From NCBI GenBank assembly GCA_963702965.1, contig OY969776.1, positions 2,731,992 to 2,795,991 of the forward strand: a DNA stretch of 64,000 bases, in the 5' to 3' direction. Each line of letters starts with the position of its first letter. Within the stretch, counting starts at the first letter, position 1. A program made the translations under genes and the position numbers. This document shows positions 10,517 through 18,433 of this stretch, piece by piece. Source of the stretch: Terriglobia bacterium (GTDB lineage Bacteria; Acidobacteriota; Terriglobia; Terriglobales; Acidobacteriaceae). The notes below the pieces were generated by a model. It did no database searches. It had not been told where the DNA came from and worked only from the letters and a program-made list of their open reading frames with translations.

Positions 10517-11265
10517 TTCTTTGCCCAGTGCGCAAAATGGTGGGGCAGCCTCAGGGGGATGGTGGGGCAGCCTCGAGGGATGAGGAAAGAGGATGGCCCA
10601 CCATTTTCGTGTTCTTTACGAAAAGGGTTGGGAATGAACATTCGTCATCCCACCCTTTTGCACAGTACGCAAAATGGTGGGGCAGCCTCAGTGGGGATGG
10701 TGGGGCAGCCTCGGGGGATAGGTAAAGAGGATGGCCCACCATTTTCGTGTTCTTTACGAAAAGGGTGGGAAGAGACACGCTTCGTCGTCCCACCCTTTTG
10801 CACAGTACGCAAAATGGTGGGGCAGCCATCGTGGGACGGGTGGCAGCCTCGGGGGATAGGTAAAGAGGATGGCCCACGATTTTCGTGTTCTTTACGAAAA
10901 GGGTGGGAAGAGACACGCTTCGTCATCCCACCCTTTTGCACAGTACGCAAAATGGTGGGGCAGCCGTGGAGGATGGTGGGGCAGCCAAGTAGATAAAAGA
11001 AGTGAGGATGGCCCACCATTTTCGTGTTCTTTACGAAAAGGGTGGGAAGAGACAAGCTTCGTCATCCCACCCTTTTGCACAGTACGCAAAATGGTGGGGC
11101 AGCCGTGGAGGATGGTGGGGCAGCCTCGAGGGATGAGTAAAGAGGATGGCCCACCATTTTAGTGTTCTTTACGAAAAGGGGTGGGAAGAGACAAGCTTTG
11201 TCATCCCACCCTTTTGCACAGTGCGCAAAATGGTGGGGCAGCCTCAGGGGGATGGTGGGGCAGCG
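10517..11265 (+). repeat. tandem array 3 of REP-doublet units, half unit plus 5 units
   Basis: Half REP at 10517-10550. Full units start at 10589, 10727, 10865, 11004 and 11142 (period 138-139 bp), in the same orientation as array 2. Confidence 0.9.
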
Positions 11266-11413
11266 TCGGTGGTCCCTATTGTTGGGCGCTACACGCGAGA
11301 TCCCTCGCCCCGCTGGATAGAACGCGGGGACTTCGGGATGACAAGGTAAATGAAAAAACCTGCCGGAATTCCCAGGAGGCGGGAGGCAATCCGGCAGGCG
11401 TCACGAACAACTT

Positions 11414-12971
11414 TTACATGCCTTCGGTGCCGTGAAGGACGCGGAAGGTGTTGCCGCCGCCGGACCAAACGAGCACCAGCGCGTCTTGTCCTTTGGTGAT
11501 TTTCTTCAGTGCGTCCTGGGCTTCGGCCGCGGAGTGAACATCATGCCGGTCGACCTGCGTGATGATGTCGCCGCGTTGCAGACCGGCATCATCTGCGGGA
11601 CTGCCCGGCAGCACGCGATCGACGACCGCACCCTGCAAGTCAGACGGAGCCTGGAGTTGGTCGCGCATATCCGGCGTGAGATCAGAAAGCCCAACACCCC
11701 AGCGGGGCTTCTCGTTGCTGTTGGTGGAACTTTCCGTGCCGTTCTTGTCGCGCGCGCCCATGGCTTCAAGCGTCACTGGGACGGTGGTGGTCTTGCCCGC
11801 ACGTTCCACGCCCAGCTTGATGACTGTTCCCGGAGAAGTCTGGCCGACCACGACTTGCAGTTCGCCGGCGTCTTCTACTTTTTTGCCATTCATTTCGGTA
11901 ATGACGTCGCCGGTTTTCAATCCAGCCTTGTCACCGGGCGAGCCGGGTTCGACCTGGGTGACAATGGCGCCGGTGTTGTCTTTGCGGTCGAAGAACTTCG
12001 ACTTGTCGGGAGTGACATCGCTGATGCCGACGCCGATATAGCCGTGCTGACTTTACCATCGTGGATGAGGGTTCCACGATGGGTTTAGCGATCTGAGTGG
12101 GAATGGCAAAACCCATACCGGAAAAAGCGCCGGATGGCGAAATAGAAATGTGTTGATGCCGATGACTGCCGCGTGCGTCGACGAGAGCGCCACCGGAGTT
12201 ACCGGGGTTAATGGCCGCGTCGGTCTGGATAAATTCGCCGGGCTTGCGGCGGTCTGCTCCGAAGGGATTGGGGCGGTTGAGCGCGCTGACAATGCCGCGC
12301 GTGACGCTGAAGCGGAAGCCGTAGGGATTGCCGAAGGCGAGGACTGTTTCGCCGGGACGAAGTTGCGTGGAGTCGCCCCAGGGGATGCTGGTGAAGTTGG
12401 AGCCTTCGATTTTGATGACAGCGAGATCGGTCAAGGGATCAGCGCCAACGAGCTTGGCTTTGAGAATGCCGCGGTTGCTCATGGTCACGCGAATATCAGT
12501 TGCGCCGTCAATGACGTGATTATTGGTGACGATGTATCCGTCGGGGGAAATGATGACGCCGCTGCCGATGCCGTGCTCAATCTGCGGCTGGGCGGGCCCT
12601 TGATGCATGAACGGGCCAAAGAATTGCTGCATTCCCGGAGGAAGGTTCTGCATCTCGTTGCCCATGTCGCCTTGCGGCGGGGTGTGGCGCGAGGTGACGG
12701 CCACGTTCACGATGGCGGGCGTGACGCGGGCTGCCAGGGTTTCCATGGCTTTGTCGAGTTCGAGCAATGCATTGACGCTGCTGTCGTCGAGAGGGGCCGC
12801 TGGAGGAGCGGGCTCGGCGGCGTGGGCGCGTGAGGGCCGCGAAACATCGTAGGCGACGAGCGAACCCACGATGCCCACAGTTAATACCGGAATGAGAAAC
12901 CGGCGCTTGAGGATTTCTTTTGTGTGCTGCATCCAGGTTTTTGGCTGGGCAGCCTGGTTGTGCTCTTGCAT
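11414..12971 (-). pseudogene. HtrA/DegP-family serine protease with PDZ domains, reading frame broken about 4 times
   Basis: N-terminal and trypsin part lie in ORF 11931-12971 (GNSGGALVDARG). Conserved AVIGINTF, LIHDGKVS and HGYIGVGISDVTPD...PDZ segments fall in three different frames between 12044 and 12172. The PDZ tail is ORF 11414-11920. Confidence 0.7.
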
Positions 12972-13040
12972 GTGATTCTCCTTTGCAACTAAATATTTAG
13001 TTTTTATAGCCGAACAAATTCTGTTTTTCTTCCGTCATAG

Positions 13041-14351
13041 CTAAATCTGCTTTGCGCGATTTTCCTTTTGCGCCGTTGGAACGGCTGGATGGAATACCGT
13101 GAGCTGATAAATCTGCATGCTCCAGAAGAACTCGCCGCCGGGGCCGAACTGCACGCTGCGCATGACGACCAGCATGGGCGGCGGAAGAACGATGTTGTTC
13201 ATTTCGAGACTAGCCAGAATCGGCACGGCCTCGGGTTTCACATGCAGCACGCGCATCCTCGCGGGCCTTGGCTTGGCCGTAAAAAACTTAGCATTGCCTT
13301 TGGGCACGGAATAGGAAGCCAGCGTGGGCATTGCGTGGAACGCGGAGGCTTTCAAGTTCAGAGCGGACGGGACAATAGCCGCGACTTGCGGCGCGGCGTC
13401 ATGAAACGCCACCAGCTCCGGCATCCGGGAAATCCCTCCGGCGGAGGCCATGGTCAACACGGCCACCACGGCAAATCCCGGCTTCCAACTGCGAGAAGCG
13501 GCGGGACGTTGCACTTGCAGGATCTCGGCCACGCGCTGCGAAGTCTGGCGGACACGGCCGACCATGGCCTGGGCCAAGGCCAAGCCGCGACGAAGAAAAC
13601 TTTTTTCCGCCATCGCAACCAGACATTCAGCGTAGGCTTGCGGATTGCCGGTTTGGCTCAACACAAAATGGTCGCAGGCCATTTCACGCTCGAGCGTGAG
13701 GCGGCGCTCAATCCACCACACTGCGGGATGAAAAAAGAAAACAGATTTCAATATCTGTTGGGCGAGATTGGTCCAGTCGTCCCAACGCCGCAGATGCGCA
13801 AGCTCATGGAGCAAAACAGAATTCTGTTCCGTGGGGGAAAGGTCGGCGAGCGTCCACGCCGGGAAAATCACAGCAGGACGGAAAAATCCGACTGCCGTAG
13901 GTACGCGCAAAGTGGGCGATACCAGCAGCTCGATGTTTCTGCGAGAGCCGAATTGCTGCATGGTGTCGCATAAAACCGCCGACTCAATCGCATTAGCCGG
14001 CCTGGATGAGCGGCGAATGCGGCGCAGCTCAAATAAACCCACGGCCACTCTTGCCAACAGGATGCAGGACACGCCCATCCAAATTGAGATTGCGATAAGC
14101 GCCCATGAGGCTGGCAGGGCCACTCGGGGCGATCCTGCCGCGGCGGAGGCAGTGAACAATCCGGCGAAGGGCAAGAGCGCAACGCCCATAAGAGTTGAAA
14201 ACCATAAGGCAAACCGCGCCCGCGAATTTTGATGACCCGCGAGCCGCAACAAGGTCCAGGTCACTAAGGCAAGCGCAAGACCCGCGATGGCGCCATTGAG
14301 CATGCGGGTGGCGAAAATCGTCGTCCAGGTTTGCATCAACGGCGGGGTCAT
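13041..14351 (-). CDS. BlaR1/M56 family peptidase-type signal transducer
   Basis: 436 aa, polytopic N-terminus and HELAHLRRWD zinc motif. Overlaps the upstream BlaI gene by 4 nt. Confidence 0.8.
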   Translation of the reverse strand: MTPPLMQTWTTIFATRMLNGAIAGLALALVTWTLLRLAGHQNSRARFALWFSTLMGVALLPFAGLFTASAAAGSPRVALPASWALIAISIWMGVSCILLARVAVGLFELRRIRRSSRPANAIESAVLCDTMQQFGSRRNIELLVSPTLRVPTAVGFFRPAVIFPAWTLADLSPTEQNSVLLHELAHLRRWDDWTNLAQQILKSVFFFHPAVWWIERRLTLEREMACDHFVLSQTGNPQAYAECLVAMAEKSFLRRGLALAQAMVGRVRQTSQRVAEILQVQRPAASRSWKPGFAVVAVLTMASAGGISRMPELVAFHDAAPQVAAIVPSALNLKASAFHAMPTLASYSVPKGNAKFFTAKPRPARMRVLHVKPEAVPILASLEMNNIVLPPPMLVVMRSVQFGPGGEFFWSMQIYQLTVFHPAVPTAQKENRAKQI

Positions 14352-14746
14352 GGCTTGCCGCCTCCCGTTGCCGATTTCACTTGCATCAGCTGGCGCAAAC
14401 GCCGTAGTTCAGCTTGGTCGAGGCTCTCGTCTTCCAACAAATTCAAGACCAGCAATTCGCGCGAATTCTGGAAGAAGCGGCCGAGCAAATGGGTAATTTC
14501 TGAACGCGTAGCTTCCTGGCGCGCGACCAGTGGCCGGTAAACGTGGGCTCGACCGTCTTTGTTGTGGGCCAGATATTTCTTCTTTTCGAGGATGCGGATG
14601 GTGGTCAGCACAGAGTTATAGGCGAGAGGCGAGCTCTCGGGCAGCGACTCCTGAATCTGCTGGACGGTCGAGGGGCCTTTACTCCAGATGACGTCCATCA
14701 ACCGGAGCTCGGCTTCCGTCAATACCAATGAGGCTTTACGCGGCAA
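14348..14746 (-). CDS. BlaI/MecI/CopY family transcriptional repressor
   Basis: 132 aa winged-helix N-terminus (LTEAELRLMDVIWSKGPSTVQQIQESL...YNSVLTTIRILEKKKYL). TTG start with GGAGG RBS. Confidence 0.8.
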   Translation of the reverse strand: MPRKASLVLTEAELRLMDVIWSKGPSTVQQIQESLPESSPLAYNSVLTTIRILEKKKYLAHNKDGRAHVYRPLVARQEATRSEITHLLGRFFQNSRELLVLNLLEDESLDQAELRRLRQLMQVKSATGGGKP

Positions 14747-14840
14747 ACATCCTCCATAACCATAAACGAGGAGTGTGGCGCGGGCCGATGCCCGCGTCCC
14801 CCCACATCTCCCCTATTAGACGACCCCTCGGCCAAAAGGT

Positions 14841-14858
14841 CAACTAATATCTTAGTTG
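14841..14858. promoter_or_regulatory. candidate BlaI operator palindrome
   Basis: Perfect inverted repeat CAACTAA-TATC-TTAGTTG about 95 nt upstream of the blaI-like start, in the divergent intergenic region. Confidence 0.35.
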
Positions 14859-15073
14859 CTTGTAAGAAGCGATTGGTTGCAGCGCTTCTACCTGGTATCG
14901 GCTCGGGCAGGGTGGCAAGGCGTACCGCCTAGCGAAGGCAGTATGAATGACGCTGATTGCGGCATGCGGAACTACTATGGCTTCGGTCTCGTATTAGTAA
15001 AAGTGTCACAAACGCGTTGCATCTGCGCTATTATTCTCTGCTGCCTTCATTTAGCTATCGCTGAAAGGTTCAA

Positions 15074-17065
15074 ATGATGACTTTGCGACCACTCGCCGTT
15101 CTGAGTTTGCTTGCCTGCTTCTCGCCTGCCCTGGTTCATGCGCAACCGGCGGCGGCTCCTGCGCTCTCGATTCCCAATACAGTTTCCGCGATCAATTCGC
15201 CGACGCCGATGTCGCAGCGCGTGGTGCATTATGAGATTGACGCGAAGTATGATCCGAAAACGCACCAACTCGAGGGCACGGAGACCCTGACTTACCATAA
15301 TCTGACCGGCCAACCGCTTGATACCTTTCCTTTTCATCTTTATCTCAATGCCTTCCAGCCGAAAGCTACGTGGATCCGGGAGACGAAGCGGGAGGGCACG
15401 CGCGACACTTCGTTCGAGAAATGGGACGACAAGGACTACGGCGCCGACGACATTAAGAGCTTTGAAGCGGTGGGACAGGGCGATCTGACGTCGCAACTGC
15501 AATTCATCCAGCCTGACGACAACAACAAAGACGACAAGACCGTAGTTCAAGTTAAGCTGCCCAAGCCGATTCCGCCCGATGGCTACGTTCAATTCAAAAT
15601 CAAATTTCACGACCAATTTCCAGAGACGCTTGAGCGTACAGGTTATAAACGGGACTTTCTTCTTGCCGGACAATGGTTCCCCAAAGTTGGCGTCTGGATT
15701 CATGGCGGATGGAATTGCCACCAGTTCCATGGCTCGACGGAATTCTTTGCCGATTTCGGCGTTTATGACGTGAACATTACGGTGCCGCAGAAAGAAGTGG
15801 TCGGAGCAAGCGGAGTGCGCGTGAGCGATACGAAGAACTCCGACGGCACGGAGACTTACGCATATCACGGCGACGACATCCACGATTTTGCCTGGACTGC
15901 GAGTCCGCGCTACATGATTAAGGACGATGTGTATCAAGGCACAATGGGACCGGTCGCGCTGCACATCATGATGCAGCCCGGGCATTGGAGCCAGGTGGAG
16001 CGGCATGACGAAATTCTCCAGAACACACTGAAACGATTTGAAGCGTGGTATGGGCCATATCCCTACAAGACGCTGACACTGGTGGATCCCGAGCCGGGCT
16101 CGGCGGCCGAGGGGATGGAGTATCCGACATTCATCACCGGCGGAACGACATGGTGGATGCCGAAAGGCATCTATTTGCCGGAACTCGTGATTGAGCACGA
16201 ATTCGGACACCAGTACTGGTACGGAATGGTGGCGACGAATGAATTTGAGGATGCCTGGATGGACGAAGGCATCAACAGCTACACCGAAGTCAAAGTGCTC
16301 GATGACATGTTGGGACAGAACCGATCAGTGTTCAACATCATGCGGATAAAGATGAGCGAGCGCGAGAACCAGCGGCTCAGCTATATCCGCGCGGCCGATC
16401 TGGATCCGATGACGCGCAAGGGATGGCTCTTTGCCAATTACGGCTCCTACGCCGGCGTGACCTACGGCAAGACCGCGAGCGTACTCATCACCCTCGAGAG
16501 CGTAATTGGCGAGGACACCATGCGCAAGGCCATGCATGAATACTTCATGAAGTACCGCTTCACTCATCCGGTGCCCGAAGATTTTCTGAAAACGATTGAA
16601 GAAGTTTCCGGAAAAGACTTGCGTTGGTACTTCAACCAGGCGGTTTATGGCACCAACGTCATGGATTACTCGGTGATGAAAATCGACTCGTCGCCGACGG
16701 ATTGGTGGAAGCCCAATTTCAAAGAAAGCAAGAAGCCCGGAGAAACAGAATACGAATCCGAGGTCATCATTCATCGCAAGGGCGATTTTGTGATGCCGGT
16801 AGACATCCTGGTGAAATTTGATAACGGAGATTCAGTTCGCGAACACTGGGACGGCCAGGACCGCTGGATTCGCTATGCGTATGACAAGAAAGCGAAGGTC
16901 GTCTCGGCCGAAGTGGATCCCGACCACAAGAACTGGCTGGATCGCAATTTCTTCAATAACAGCAAGACCGCCGAGCCCGATGGCACGGCGACGCGCAAAT
17001 TGGCGAACTATTGGACGTTCGTCAGCGAGTTCTTTGGACAATTCCTCGCCGGATGGCTGATCTAG
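15074..17065 (+). CDS. M1 family metallopeptidase (aminopeptidase N-like), secreted
   Basis: 663 aa with a signal peptide and the gluzincin motif HEFGHQYWY...WMDEGINSY. Confidence 0.8.
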   Translation: MMTLRPLAVLSLLACFSPALVHAQPAAAPALSIPNTVSAINSPTPMSQRVVHYEIDAKYDPKTHQLEGTETLTYHNLTGQPLDTFPFHLYLNAFQPKATWIRETKREGTRDTSFEKWDDKDYGADDIKSFEAVGQGDLTSQLQFIQPDDNNKDDKTVVQVKLPKPIPPDGYVQFKIKFHDQFPETLERTGYKRDFLLAGQWFPKVGVWIHGGWNCHQFHGSTEFFADFGVYDVNITVPQKEVVGASGVRVSDTKNSDGTETYAYHGDDIHDFAWTASPRYMIKDDVYQGTMGPVALHIMMQPGHWSQVERHDEILQNTLKRFEAWYGPYPYKTLTLVDPEPGSAAEGMEYPTFITGGTTWWMPKGIYLPELVIEHEFGHQYWYGMVATNEFEDAWMDEGINSYTEVKVLDDMLGQNRSVFNIMRIKMSERENQRLSYIRAADLDPMTRKGWLFANYGSYAGVTYGKTASVLITLESVIGEDTMRKAMHEYFMKYRFTHPVPEDFLKTIEEVSGKDLRWYFNQAVYGTNVMDYSVMKIDSSPTDWWKPNFKESKKPGETEYESEVIIHRKGDFVMPVDILVKFDNGDSVREHWDGQDRWIRYAYDKKAKVVSAEVDPDHKNWLDRNFFNNSKTAEPDGTATRKLANYWTFVSEFFGQFLAGWLI

Positions 17066-17079
17066 GAGAAGGCATACAG

Positions 17080-17991
17080 ATGAATGCAAACAAGAGTCTG
17101 CTGTTCGCGGGATTGGGCGTCTTGCGCCGCACCAAGCGCTACGTGATCTGGTTCTTTCTTCTTAACCTGACGCTGGCCTCCATGGGCGCAGCCGTCTTCC
17201 GGTTGAACGCGGGCGCGGTCTTGAACAATAGCCTGGAGTCCGCAAAACTGACGCAAGGCTTCGACCTAGCCACTTTCGTTGAATTACTGGCCCGCCCCGA
17301 GGTGGGCTCAATGCAGGCGTTGAACGCGTCTTCGTTTGATTTTGCCTTTTTGTTTTTTCTGTTGACGCTGTTTTTTCTGCCTGGCGTTTTCCTTGGTTAT
17401 GCTTCCGACCATCGCCTGCCCCGGACGGAGTTCTTCCGCGCCTGCGGCCAGAATTTCTGGCGATTCATCAGGATTTTGATTTTCTATTTGTTCATCGCCG
17501 GCATTCCGATCGGAATTCTGTTCGCCATTCAGAAAGGCATCGATAAGGCCGCCGATCATAGCACGAACGAACTGCTTCCCTTCACCCTTGAGATGATTTG
17601 TCTCGCCGTAATCTTTCTGGTGGCGATGTTCTTCCGCGCCTGGTTCGATCAGGCGGAAGTCGAGATCGTGCTTCGCGACCAGAATGCGGTGCGGAAAACC
17701 ATTGGCCCCGCACGTCGCCGAACTTCCTACGGGCTGTGGGCGACTTATTTGTTTATTGCCGTGCTGGCGGGCGTTTTCCTGATCATCGGTTTGTGGCTAT
17801 GGCATTCGATCGTGCCTCCAAGCAGCGTACTGGGAGCCTTTATAGTCGGCCAATTGACCATGTTCGTCTGGCTGAAGATGCGCTTCTGGCAGCGGGCCTG
17901 CGCCGTGGTTTATTACGAACGCCAGCAGGATATGCCGGTGGCGGAGGCCTATACCGCGCCAGTGATGCCAGCGGGAGCGGTGCAGGCGTAA
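17080..17991 (+). CDS. polytopic membrane protein, unknown function
   Basis: AGGAGA RBS before the ATG at 17080 (the ORF track starts at 17011). Several hydrophobic helices. Immediately follows the M1 peptidase gene. Confidence 0.55.
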   Translation: MNANKSLLFAGLGVLRRTKRYVIWFFLLNLTLASMGAAVFRLNAGAVLNNSLESAKLTQGFDLATFVELLARPEVGSMQALNASSFDFAFLFFLLTLFFLPGVFLGYASDHRLPRTEFFRACGQNFWRFIRILIFYLFIAGIPIGILFAIQKGIDKAADHSTNELLPFTLEMICLAVIFLVAMFFRAWFDQAEVEIVLRDQNAVRKTIGPARRRTSYGLWATYLFIAVLAGVFLIIGLWLWHSIVPPSSVLGAFIVGQLTMFVWLKMRFWQRACAVVYYERQQDMPVAEAYTAPVMPAGAVQA

Positions 17992-18433
17992 CGCAAAACT
18001 TAAACCTGAGCGGCAGTGCGGGCGAGGCGCCCGCGCCACACACTTGTGCAAATCCGGTTGCTCCAGCGATGGAACTGCGCTAGGCTCGAAATGCTCTCGC
18101 GATTCTTCCGCTTCCTTCAGACCTCACCCTCGAAAACTGCACAAGTGCTACATGGCCTGTGCAAAATGAGGTAGTAATGCGAAGGGTCACACCATATATG
18201 GTGTTTTACCTCTTGACCCCGGCTGGCCTTGGCGGATACAGTTACATCAATTTGTTCCCGCCCTCCCCAGCCACGGACGGAGTTTTGCCCAGTTTCTCGA
18301 GCGAAGGCATCAGAGTGGTTAATAGAGGTTTTCGATTTAAAAGCAGATTCCTCGCCGGTTCTTGTCGGGTGAACGCGACTGGGCCAACCGTTCGAATGAC
18401 AATTTGCTTGGGGTTGTTGGAAATTAAAAGGAG

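Noticed and set aside
4656-11265. Possibility that the arrays are CRISPR arrays.
   Set aside because: There are no unique spacers. The whole 87-140 bp unit, including the linker, is repeated, the repeats are far longer than CRISPR repeats, and no cas genes are present.
9054-11349. Many 65-147 aa ORFs across arrays 2 and 3.
   Set aside because: Same reason as for array 1: they are artefacts of REP-unit periodicity. Only the RAYT ORF (9951-10475) has a non-repetitive, domain-bearing sequence.
12044-12172. Programmed ribosomal frameshifting as an explanation for the htrA (and dppB) frame changes.
   Set aside because: There are four shifts in different directions within 130 nt and no slippery heptamer plus structure arrangement. 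Indels, whether real or sequencing-derived, are the simpler explanation.
15047-16210. 387-aa minus-strand ORF antisense to the M1 peptidase. Similar long antisense ORFs occur at 5561-6619, 6906-7832, 13068-13973, 1724-2521, 27195-28082, 21371-22012, 22045-22770, 58362-59285 and 35246-35821.
   Set aside because: These are GC-rich shadow ORFs opposite genes with clear domain signatures. They are Arg/Gly/His-rich, have no motifs and no RBS.
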